64,000 nt of DNA from a virus, in the IMG/VR virus record IMGVR_UViG_3300029787_005452, positions 121,198-185,197 of that record, one strand, 5' to 3'. This document shows, in pieces, positions 30,494-39,986 of this stretch. The notes beneath the pieces are model-generated. The model worked only from the letters and a program-made list of their open reading frames with translations. It made no database searches and was not told the DNA's origin. How positions within the stretch are numbered: position 1 is the stretch's first letter; every line of letters begins with the position of its first letter. Position numbers and translations under genes: made by a program.

Positions 30494-30925
30494 TTAAAGA
30501 GCAGTAATGCTGTAGGTGGTTGACGATAAATTATTATATAATGAATTACTAAATTCTAATGTATATACACCGGCTGTATCAGTTGTAAAGGTTAATATTC
30601 CATCATCGATCGATGGGGCACTTTCAATAATATTGCTATTATATTCTAATTCAAATTGTGTATTAACCGGTATCGATGAAAATGATATGCTATTTGATGA
30701 GCTTATTTCATAAGATAGGGTATTATATTGTATTGGTAAAGTTTGTAATTCTTTAATTTCTGAACTTGATAAAACAAAATAACTATTTCTTATATCTACC
30801 TGTAAGGTTCCTATATCATATAATGATACTGTATCAGAACTATACAATGAAATATCTTCTTCATGTATAGTTCTTAAGGCATTTATACTTCCATCGCTTA
30901 TATTATATTCTATATATCTTTTCAT
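30494..30925 (-). CDS. Fibre-associated protein
   Basis: Directly downstream of the fibre; C-terminal Ig-like DGILTFTTDTAGVYTLEF. Confidence 0.45.
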   Translation of the reverse strand: MKRYIEYNISDGSINALRTIHEEDISLYSSDTVSLYDIGTLQVDIRNSYFVLSSSEIKELQTLPIQYNTLSYEISSSNSISFSSIPVNTQFELEYNSNIIESAPSIDDGILTFTTDTAGVYTLEFSNSLYNNLSSTTYSITAL

Positions 30926-30933
30926 TATTTTAT

Positions 30934-32943
30934 TTATCTCTTATTTTGCCTAACTTCAATAAACGGGTCAGTAATTGTTATTGTTTGAGTTGATGGTGAA
31001 ATTGATTGCACATTACCCATACATCTCAAAAGTGTACATGTAGTCGTCGTTATATTACCTCCGGAGGTGCTTTTACCAAAGGTAAAAGACGCACTACATC
31101 TATCAATAGTAATATTACCGTAGTTACGAATAAATCTGGCCTGTAATTTATATGTAACACTACCTGTACCTGGATTATCATCAAAAAAGGTCGATGTATT
31201 AGTTGCCGGTAATACTGTACTGCCTCTTAATACACGTACTTGAGCCTCATATGAAAAAGTCGCCGAGTTCATACGGCACATATTCGTACCATTTCTACCA
31301 CTTACATTGTCACATCTTACCGCAGTCCTTGCAGTTTTTAGTAAAGTACCTCCGTATCCAATCGATACTGCAGTCGGGCATCCTAATGATACTATCGTTG
31401 CTGTAGCTAAATTTACATATTCTCCAAGAGGTGTGGTATCCGTCTTGGAAGTCATTGAGCCTACGGAAAAACGCTTATCATTTCCGGCGCTTGCTGAACA
31501 TGAACTAATTGCCTGTTCACCTATTTGTAAAGTGTCAACTGAAAGGTCTTTAATACATGCACCGCACATTCTTACGCAGTTATTAATTACTGAAAAAGGC
31601 GACCCACAATTACTGTTAGTTTGGTCAGCAAGTATAAAACAATCAGCTTGTATTATAAAATCAGAACTACCACCGCTAGAATTAAGGCAAAAACCAGAAA
31701 CAATATTATTAGTATTTAATTGAACACCATATTTAGCTTTAATACATGTAATATCACTATTAGCATTAGTTATTAGACTGCAAACTGATGTTATACTACC
31801 AGTGCCGCTACCGTTAATTGTATTTACATTAGTTGTTAACGTTGAAATACTACTTGCTTGCCCGGTAATACAACCATCAATACAGCTAATACAACTATCT
31901 AAAGTAGTCTTATCAGTTTGTAGCTGTGTAATATTGCTATCAGCAGTAGATGCTTGAGATTGAAGAGTAGCTATAGCTGAACCTTGACTACTAACGTCTA
32001 TATTAGTAATTTGTGTTTGTAAATTTGCTGTAAGAGTTTGTAAAGAAGTAACTTTAGAAGATTCAGTAGCAATAGATGATGCTAATGATTCTATTACGCT
32101 AGAATTTGCTTTGCCTGATAAGGTACCATTAATAGTTGTGATTTCATTATTAATGGAAGTAACACTACTTGCAGCTCCTTCTGCTACGCCTTCAGTTACA
32201 GTAATCCTACTTTCTAACCCATTAACACATTCTGCAGTCGCTGTAGCATTAACTCTTCCATCTAAAGTACTGATACGTCCATCTATAGTGCAAATACTAG
32301 TACCGTTATTACATATATCGGTCTCATTTTTAGTAATTCTTTGATTTAAACAATCAACTGCTATAGCATTACCACATACATCCAAAGCATTTATTTGACT
32401 TTGTATATCAACAATTTTATTAGATTCAGTTTCTACACAACTATCTAAAGAATTTACTTGACTAAGTAGGTTATCTACACTAGATGCTGATGCTTTTAAA
32501 AGAAGATCACCGTTTATCGTATCAACGCATGAGCTTAAAGTGGTAAATCTGGTCCTAACGTTATTAATTGCATTACTATTATTTTCTACCGTATTTCTTA
32601 ATATATCAATCTCAGTAATACATGATCTTACATCTACACAGCCACTTAAATCAGTTAAACAGCTATATATATTAGTTATATTACTTTGTAAATTAGTTAT
32701 ATCAGTATCATTGCATTCAATTGAAGCACATAATGAAACAGTGTCCGTAATACATTGGGTTATTGTAGCACTTTGTTGCTCAACGATCGTTTCAAAATTA
32801 TTCGTCCGATTAGTTGTTTCCTGTAAAAAAGTACTAGCTTTTATCTTAAAAGTATTATCATTTATCGATATTGGTATAAAACCATTCGGTACATCAATTG
32901 TATCTTCTTTATTAATTAACTCTGAAATAGAAATACCTGCCAT
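30934..32943 (-). CDS. Cys-rich coiled-coil tail fibre with DUF1983 (host-specificity J-like) domain
   Basis: Heptad coiled coil, then KYGVQLN...VSGF...SDFIIQAD.F...PFSV...IKDLSVDTL; 31 Cys in 669 aa. Confidence 0.75.
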   Translation of the reverse strand: MAGISISELINKEDTIDVPNGFIPISINDNTFKIKASTFLQETTNRTNNFETIVEQQSATITQCITDTVSLCASIECNDTDITNLQSNITNIYSCLTDLSGCVDVRSCITEIDILRNTVENNSNAINNVRTRFTTLSSCVDTINGDLLLKASASSVDNLLSQVNSLDSCVETESNKIVDIQSQINALDVCGNAIAVDCLNQRITKNETDICNNGTSICTIDGRISTLDGRVNATATAECVNGLESRITVTEGVAEGAASSVTSINNEITTINGTLSGKANSSVIESLASSIATESSKVTSLQTLTANLQTQITNIDVSSQGSAIATLQSQASTADSNITQLQTDKTTLDSCISCIDGCITGQASSISTLTTNVNTINGSGTGSITSVCSLITNANSDITCIKAKYGVQLNTNNIVSGFCLNSSGGSSDFIIQADCFILADQTNSNCGSPFSVINNCVRMCGACIKDLSVDTLQIGEQAISSCSASAGNDKRFSVGSMTSKTDTTPLGEYVNLATATIVSLGCPTAVSIGYGGTLLKTARTAVRCDNVSGRNGTNMCRMNSATFSYEAQVRVLRGSTVLPATNTSTFFDDNPGTGSVTYKLQARFIRNYGNITIDRCSASFTFGKSTSGGNITTTTCTLLRCMGNVQSISPSTQTITITDPFIEVRQNKR

Positions 32944-32985
32944 AATTATATTTATTTAATCGATACTTTACACTAAATATTTTAA

Positions 32986-35900
32986 ATGCCTATCAATAAG
33001 AAATCATTTAAAACCTTAGAACCTATTTTCTTTGAAACTCCTGATAAAGATACTGAAATAGTTAAAGACACCATTTCTACATCTCAAGGTCTAACTCTTA
33101 ACAAATACAAAATATTTGAAAATTTAAACGACTTAAAAGTTAAAAACTTTAGTGTAAACGTTCTTACAGATGAAGTCGATTATAATGATTTTTATAAATA
33201 CGATTTAGATAAAAACTTTCAATTACTAGATTACAATACATCTATTGGATTCAATGCGTTAAATAATTTATCTGCTAGTTCGTTCTTAAGTTTTGATAGA
33301 TCTAAAAATTTTAATAGTTCTCTTACAAATATAGATTTTTATGGAGGCGCGGATAATCAATCATTTGTATTAGATTTTATTGATGATAAATTATGCACTA
33401 TAAAAGGAGTAGATAATGGTATAATTAAATTTCTTACTGTTTTAGAAGAAGAATCTAATGATTTAAAATTTACATCTCTTACAAATAACTACATATCAAC
33501 CAGTTCATTTATGTTTGAATATGATTTAGATAAAACTAATTTGTTTATTACCCTTTTTAAAACCTTGACAGGTGGAGGGTTTAAAGTATTAGCCCCGTTA
33601 AGTGGGTCTATATCATTACAAACCCCTAGTAACGATACCGTAGGAGCTGGAACTATAAAAATATCTGAACAACAGCCTACTATAACAAAAGATAATTTAA
33701 ATAGTTTTATTTTTTATGATAAAGAACATAATATTAGCAATGAAACTTTAAAAAATCAAAAAAATAATTTTATTGGTTGGTACCCGTATGAAATTACAGC
33801 TTTAAGTGGTGATGTCAGTGAAGGGCAATCTCAAAGATTTATAAATGTTATAGATTTTATGAATCTTAGAAATCAAGTTTCTAATGATAATTTTATAAAC
33901 CCTACATTACCGTTATCGGGTAACAAAGTAAGTCAAAAAAAATATAGCTCTCTTTTAAACGTTGATAATAAAGAATTTGAAAATGAAGAAATGTTATTGG
34001 GGTATAATTTCTTTACTAAAGAATATAACTTTTTACCAGATAAATATACTAAATTTACTTTACCTGATAGTTTATTCCCGTATAGAAGGTTAAATATAAA
34101 TGATAGTAATTTATCAAAAGCTGGTGCCTATGCTGGAAATTCACCTTATTTTAGTGATAAAGTATTTAAACTTCTTGATGCTAATAAAAATAAAAATAGA
34201 GGGGCTGGTGATTTAGTTAATATTATCTTACTAGAAGATAAAGGGTTCTTATTACTGCAAAATGGGTTTAAATTGGGTAATGAAGATTATAATGACCCCG
34301 GTGATACCGATAACAACGGTTCATTGCTTTGTTCATGGTTAAGTGGTAATAGTAATGAAGAAGGTATTTGGTTTGATAGGTATTATAACCCTCAAAAAGT
34401 ATCATATTTAACAGCTATAACAGGGGTCGAAGAACAAGCATTTGAAAAGCAATCCCAAGCCAAAAGATATTTTAAACAAAATGGTATTGATTCAGTTTTT
34501 TACGATATAAAGAGTAATTTAGTCTTTGAGCCTCGGGCTACTTATTTTTACCAAAGAATAGGAGAAAAATATATCAATAAAATTATAGACGGTATTGATG
34601 GTAAATTGATAAAAGATACATTTAATTTAAAACTATCCGGTCAAGAATTATTTAATGAACCTGAATTAGTGTTTGATAAAAAAGCATACGATATTACAGA
34701 TTTTGACTTATTCAACTTGAAAGACTTTAATATAAGTTTTGATTTAAAATTAGATACTTTAAAATCTTTAGACTCTTATCAAATATTTGGTAATTTATAT
34801 CAAGATGGGTTCGCATTGAAGAATAATTTTTATTTTACTCCATTCATATTTATACCTCAAGGAAATAAATTAATAATATATGACAAGGATTTTAATTTAT
34901 TAACTGAAAATACATATTCTAGTATAAGCGCTATTAAAGATGTCTTGTACCTGGAACAACATAATAATATAGTAATTGTCGGTAATGATAAAATTATTAA
35001 AACAAGCTTTACTGGAGAATTGTTAGATCAAAGATTATTAAATACATCTATATTAGGGGACTCTACTATTAATTCAATTATTAGTTCATATGATAATAGA
35101 TATTTTTATGATTATAATAGAGTATTATTTTTAACTAGAGGGGATGATCAAATTAAAAGTTTAGATTTAAATAATTTATCTCTATCATCTTCAAAAAATG
35201 AACGTTTATCATCTGGTTCATCAATAATTCAAAATGCTTCAGGTGATTTTGTACCATTAACAGGTTTTAGGGGAAAATATTTAAACAATGATACAGGTGT
35301 AGCTTTAACCGATAGAAATACTATTCTCTTTCAAAATATAGAGAATTCTACAACGTTAGGTAATTTATCTACGAATAGACATGTTTATGATATTAACACT
35401 TATGATGAAAAATTATATATTCAAAGTTTCACTACTAACCCTGCCAGTTCAGGTTTTATACATGTGTTTTCATCTGAAAGAGATTTATTAAGTACTATTA
35501 ATTTATCTACTTCAGCAGTTTCAGGAGCGAGTTTAGATTTTGTTAATGATGATGGTAAAATAAAAGTACTATCATTTGGTAAAAGTTCTAGCGGTAATTT
35601 AATTGTAGATAAAATTGATGTTGAAGACCCCTATAAATCTGAAAATACTAGAACATATTCTTTACCCTTAACTACAAATAATATTAGTTTTGATAATGGG
35701 CAACACCCTACATATTATTTCAACCCTGTTAATTTCCAAAGTATATATTTTAAGCACAAAGAAAGGCAAAACAAATTACATTTTGTTGTTAGTTTAGATA
35801 CATTTTTTGATTCTTCTTTAAATAAAACTAAATGGAATACTGCTGGTTATACTTATACAAATCCACAAACAGCTTTAAGCGGGTGGGGTACATCATTTTT

Positions 35901-36492
35901 AACTACTAGTATTGATAATTTGTTGAGTAAAGAATCTTTTATAGAATTAAAAGATTTAAAGCTTAAAAATGATATGTCTTTTAATTTTAAATTAAATGAT
36001 GGCTTAATAGAAGTATTTTTAAACGGTAATTTAGCTGGAATTATAAACTTTACACCTAATAGATCAGCCCTTAATAGACTAATTTTTCCAGATATTTTTT
36101 ATAATACACCTAATATCAAGAATAATCCAATTAATAAATTAATTACTACAGATGAATACTACGGTAAGGGTGGCACTATTAGTAATTTTAAATTATATAA
36201 TAATATATTAGAAGATAATTTTATAGACTTTTTACATTTAAAAGATAAAAAAATAGATAATATTAATTTTGATATAACTACTGGTACAAGGAGTAATGTT
36301 GAAGAAATGAATAATATATATAATGTTAATTTACCAGGTATAAAAAATAATAACTTAAAAATTTATATTAAAAATGCTAATTTATCTAAAACTGATAGAG
36401 AAAAATTTGAAAAGTTTTTGAACAATAAATTAAAAAGAGTTTTACCTTCTAATATAGATACAATTGAGTACGACTTTGATATAAACATATAA
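32986..36492 (+). CDS. Large virion protein with LamG/concanavalin A-like and propeller-like segments
   Basis: IEVFLNGNLAG...ISNFKLYNNIL LamG-type end; 1168 aa; late promoter. Confidence 0.5.
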   Translation: MPINKKSFKTLEPIFFETPDKDTEIVKDTISTSQGLTLNKYKIFENLNDLKVKNFSVNVLTDEVDYNDFYKYDLDKNFQLLDYNTSIGFNALNNLSASSFLSFDRSKNFNSSLTNIDFYGGADNQSFVLDFIDDKLCTIKGVDNGIIKFLTVLEEESNDLKFTSLTNNYISTSSFMFEYDLDKTNLFITLFKTLTGGGFKVLAPLSGSISLQTPSNDTVGAGTIKISEQQPTITKDNLNSFIFYDKEHNISNETLKNQKNNFIGWYPYEITALSGDVSEGQSQRFINVIDFMNLRNQVSNDNFINPTLPLSGNKVSQKKYSSLLNVDNKEFENEEMLLGYNFFTKEYNFLPDKYTKFTLPDSLFPYRRLNINDSNLSKAGAYAGNSPYFSDKVFKLLDANKNKNRGAGDLVNIILLEDKGFLLLQNGFKLGNEDYNDPGDTDNNGSLLCSWLSGNSNEEGIWFDRYYNPQKVSYLTAITGVEEQAFEKQSQAKRYFKQNGIDSVFYDIKSNLVFEPRATYFYQRIGEKYINKIIDGIDGKLIKDTFNLKLSGQELFNEPELVFDKKAYDITDFDLFNLKDFNISFDLKLDTLKSLDSYQIFGNLYQDGFALKNNFYFTPFIFIPQGNKLIIYDKDFNLLTENTYSSISAIKDVLYLEQHNNIVIVGNDKIIKTSFTGELLDQRLLNTSILGDSTINSIISSYDNRYFYDYNRVLFLTRGDDQIKSLDLNNLSLSSSKNERLSSGSSIIQNASGDFVPLTGFRGKYLNNDTGVALTDRNTILFQNIENSTTLGNLSTNRHVYDINTYDEKLYIQSFTTNPASSGFIHVFSSERDLLSTINLSTSAVSGASLDFVNDDGKIKVLSFGKSSSGNLIVDKIDVEDPYKSENTRTYSLPLTTNNISFDNGQHPTYYFNPVNFQSIYFKHKERQNKLHFVVSLDTFFDSSLNKTKWNTAGYTYTNPQTALSGWGTSFLTTSIDNLLSKESFIELKDLKLKNDMSFNFKLNDGLIEVFLNGNLAGIINFTPNRSALNRLIFPDIFYNTPNIKNNPINKLITTDEYYGKGGTISNFKLYNNILEDNFIDFLHLKDKKIDNINFDITTGTRSNVEEMNNIYNVNLPGIKNNNLKIYIKNANLSKTDREKFEKFLNNKLKRVLPSNIDTIEYDFDINI

Positions 36493-36493
36493 A

Positions 36494-38386
36494 ATGAAAA
36501 ATAAAAATACAATTTACGAAACAACAGTTAGTGAAAAGGTAGGTTTTACCTCAGGTAATGAATTTGCTTTAACAGGTAGCAATTATATTGGTTATTATAA
36601 TATTCTTGATAATAAAGCTTATGCAGGAAAATTTAATAGAGATGTACTTTTACAGCCATATGGTACTATTGAAACAAGAATTATTTTAAATAAAGATTTA
36701 AACTTCGATAGAGTAGTTGAAGATGGAATTTTATTACCTTTTGAATTAAATGAAATTTTATTTCAACCTAATGAAATAGTTAATAAAAATACTCTTAATT
36801 TAAAACTTACTCAATTATTTGATAATTTTACTGAAATATTTAGATATGGAAAATTTCCGAGTCCTAAGATACCAGTACAATTTACCGGATTTGCTCTTTT
36901 ATCATCAGATGGTCCTGCTGCTGGTTATAGTAATACGTACATTAAATGGGTACCAACAAATACTGAATTGGTATCAGCAGCAATAGAAACTGCATCATTT
37001 GGGAATTATAATGAAACATTTAATGGTACGGATGATATTAATCTTGATATATTAAAGAATAAATTTGCAGATAAGTATACTATATTTTTATCTGCAAAAG
37101 ATACTATCTTTTCATTTGAAGTGGATGACCCGGGTATAGGCGAACAACATACAACGTTTAATTTTATTGCAAGTGCTAATGCAGTAGGCGATTATAAAAG
37201 TTTATCATTTAATAAAATTTCTAACACAGCAAATAATAGTAGAAATACTTTATTTGTAGCTGATTCTGGTAATAATACTATTACAAAGTTAGATGTTACA
37301 AATATAGTTAATTTGGATAGAACTGGTATTAGAGATTTTAAATATATCGAACAAATTGGAGGATCTGGAAGCAATGAAACGAATTTTCAAAATTTAGAAA
37401 AAATTATATACGGAGGAGATTTTATATATACATATGATGCGGGTGAAAAAGTTATAAAACAATTTACTGAAGATTTAGTTTTTATTAAAAAATATGTAAA
37501 TAATAAATTATTCGAAAATAATAAATTTGTAAATTTTGCTTATAATATTTTTAATAGAAATTTGTATATATTATTTGCTAATAAAAAAATAGTCGTGGTT
37601 GAAACTGAATATTTTCAAACAATAGATGAATATACTCTGGATCAAAATAATTTTAATGATGAAAAATTAGAAAAAATAATCTTTTCTGAAAATAATTCTA
37701 ACATATACTATATACAATCCAATTTCGGAGTTTATAAATATCTTTTAAGCCGTAAAAATAAATTAATAGCTGAATGGCAATTGCTAAAAAATGTAGCTTT
37801 TTCACCTACATGGGAACAAACTAATTCTATATATAACTTTAATCTAGATAATTGGGAAGGGTTTATGCAAGGACCTGATAACTTTAATTATATTGATATA
37901 GATGTTTTACCTTCTGATAACAACTTTGATAAATTAGTGTTTATGTCTAAAAGGAATATATTAGAATATTCAGAAAATGAAGAATTTTTAACATTATTCA
38001 GTAAAGATTCACCTGACCTATATAACCTTAATGAAATATTATTTGAATTCGAATACTTTAATTCAATAACTTTAAATACAGCATTGTATAAGTTATTATA
38101 CAATCATAATTTACTATCAAATAGAATATCTAAAAAGGTCTCTTTAAAATTTGATAGAGGTAGAAAAATATTTAATGATATATCACATTTGAACCCTGAA
38201 AAAAAATTAGAAATGACCTTATCTGGTACTGAAAATTTTTATGCTGGTGTTAATGAAACGATGTCCACATTAGTTTTTAACCGAATATTAAAAAGTTTTT
38301 ACGACTATCAAATAGATATATTAAAACTATTACAGGTAGAAACTATTAATTTAAAAAATCCGCCTTTATCTACTATCACCTTTTAA
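36494..38386 (+). CDS. Virion protein with NHL-like beta-propeller
   Basis: LFVADSGNNTITKLD, IYTYDAGEKVIKQF. Confidence 0.5.
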   Translation: MKNKNTIYETTVSEKVGFTSGNEFALTGSNYIGYYNILDNKAYAGKFNRDVLLQPYGTIETRIILNKDLNFDRVVEDGILLPFELNEILFQPNEIVNKNTLNLKLTQLFDNFTEIFRYGKFPSPKIPVQFTGFALLSSDGPAAGYSNTYIKWVPTNTELVSAAIETASFGNYNETFNGTDDINLDILKNKFADKYTIFLSAKDTIFSFEVDDPGIGEQHTTFNFIASANAVGDYKSLSFNKISNTANNSRNTLFVADSGNNTITKLDVTNIVNLDRTGIRDFKYIEQIGGSGSNETNFQNLEKIIYGGDFIYTYDAGEKVIKQFTEDLVFIKKYVNNKLFENNKFVNFAYNIFNRNLYILFANKKIVVVETEYFQTIDEYTLDQNNFNDEKLEKIIFSENNSNIYYIQSNFGVYKYLLSRKNKLIAEWQLLKNVAFSPTWEQTNSIYNFNLDNWEGFMQGPDNFNYIDIDVLPSDNNFDKLVFMSKRNILEYSENEEFLTLFSKDSPDLYNLNEILFEFEYFNSITLNTALYKLLYNHNLLSNRISKKVSLKFDRGRKIFNDISHLNPEKKLEMTLSGTENFYAGVNETMSTLVFNRILKSFYDYQIDILKLLQVETINLKNPPLSTITF

Positions 38387-38399
38387 TTAAATAATTTAT

Positions 38400-39095
38400 A
38401 TGGCAGGACAAGATCTAACAGGTAATCAAATATCGACAACATATAAGTCATTATTAAAAACTACTGATAATAATGAATTTCCAGCCTCTGGTAAAGTCAG
38501 AATAACAGATGGTAAGGGTAATGATTCATCTCTATTCATTGCAAAAAATACTGGAGGGGCTTCAGTTTGTGGTAACTTTAGTGCAACTGGTGACGCGTCA
38601 GCAGCTAATTTAATAGCTACTACTAAAGGTACATTCGCTAATATTGAAACTACTGGAGCCGCTACTATAGGCGGCGCCGCTACTATAGCAAGTAATTTAG
38701 GTGTAAGCGGTACAACAACTTTAGCAAATGTAAATGCTGTTGCTGGTACTTTTTCTGGTAATATTATCGCATCTGGGTCCGTAACTGCTGGTGGTGATGT
38801 TATAGCTTTTTCTTCATCAGATAAAAAACTAAAAGATAATTTAAATAAAATTAACGATTCAGAGAATATTATAAATGGTTTAACAGGTTATACATTCGAC
38901 TGGAATGATAAATCAGATAGAGAAGGTTCTGATATAGGAGTAATTGCTCAAGATGTTGAAAAGGTATTACCAACTATTGTTAATCAAAGAGATGATGGTT
39001 ACCTGGCGGTAGATTATATTAAATTGATTCCAGTGTTAATCGAAGAAGTTAAAAGATTAAATTCAGAAATAAACGAACTAAAAAATAAAAATTAA
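38400..39095 (+). CDS. Short fibre with Peptidase_S74 intramolecular chaperone
   Basis: SSDKKLKDNL...GYTFDWN...IGVIAQDVEKVLP...LAVDYIKLIPVLIEEVK; predicted cleavage before D141. Confidence 0.85.
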   Translation: MAGQDLTGNQISTTYKSLLKTTDNNEFPASGKVRITDGKGNDSSLFIAKNTGGASVCGNFSATGDASAANLIATTKGTFANIETTGAATIGGAATIASNLGVSGTTTLANVNAVAGTFSGNIIASGSVTAGGDVIAFSSSDKKLKDNLNKINDSENIINGLTGYTFDWNDKSDREGSDIGVIAQDVEKVLPTIVNQRDDGYLAVDYIKLIPVLIEEVKRLNSEINELKNKN

Positions 39096-39104
39096 ATAAT
39101 ATAT

Positions 39105-39986
39105 ATGGCAACTTTACAAGATCAGAATATTCAAGATACCTATTTCGGTTTAATTAAAACTGAAAATAACTGTTTACTTACCCATCAATCCGGTAGAATA
39201 AATTTAACCGATGGTCATGGTACTTGTTCATCTTTAAGTATCGGTAAGCAGTCTGATACAGCTGGAATTGCAGTTTGCGGCGCTTTAACTACAACAGGTA
39301 ATGCGAGTATAAATGGAGCAATTGACGCAACTGGATTAATATGTACAACGGGTAAAATTTGTGCTAATGGTTGCATCGATACTGATGAAAATGTGGTCGC
39401 TTCAAATGGTATATTTGCTAATAATATATCAATTGGTAAAGATTCATTTGGGTGTTGTTTAACAAATCCAGGGGAAACTATTCAAGTATCAGAAAATAAT
39501 AGTTTAAGATTAGTTTTTGGTGGGTCGGAAAAAAGCAAATTACAAAATAATGGAGATTTTTGTGCTACAGGTAAAGCTACTTTTGGTGGTATTTGTTCTA
39601 CTGCTGCTGTTGCTATTAACGGAGATATAACGGCTTGTAACGCTTCGTTTGCCGGTAATTTAGATACCACCGGAGTAATTAGAGCTACTGGAGATGTTAT
39701 AGCTTTCTATTCTTCGGATAAAAAACTAAAAGATAATTTAAATAAAATTGAATCTAATAATGTAATTGACAATATAGATAGTTATGAATTTAATTGGAAT
39801 TCAAAATCAGATAGAGAAGGTAAAGGTTATGGTTTTATTGCTCAAGAAGTTCAAGAGGTATTACCTCACGTAGTTAAAGAGAGTAGTAATGGTTATTTAG
39901 GGGTAGATTATATTCAGTTTATACCTCTACTTGTAAAAGAAATTAAAGATCTTAAGACTAGAGTCAACGAATTAGAAAATAATTAA
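39105..39986 (+). CDS. Short Cys-rich fibre with Peptidase_S74 chaperone (paralog of 38400)
   Basis: Same N-terminal and chaperone motifs; predicted cleavage before D205; 11 Cys. Confidence 0.85.
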   Translation: MATLQDQNIQDTYFGLIKTENNCLLTHQSGRINLTDGHGTCSSLSIGKQSDTAGIAVCGALTTTGNASINGAIDATGLICTTGKICANGCIDTDENVVASNGIFANNISIGKDSFGCCLTNPGETIQVSENNSLRLVFGGSEKSKLQNNGDFCATGKATFGGICSTAAVAINGDITACNASFAGNLDTTGVIRATGDVIAFYSSDKKLKDNLNKIESNNVIDNIDSYEFNWNSKSDREGKGYGFIAQEVQEVLPHVVKESSNGYLGVDYIQFIPLLVKEIKDLKTRVNELENN

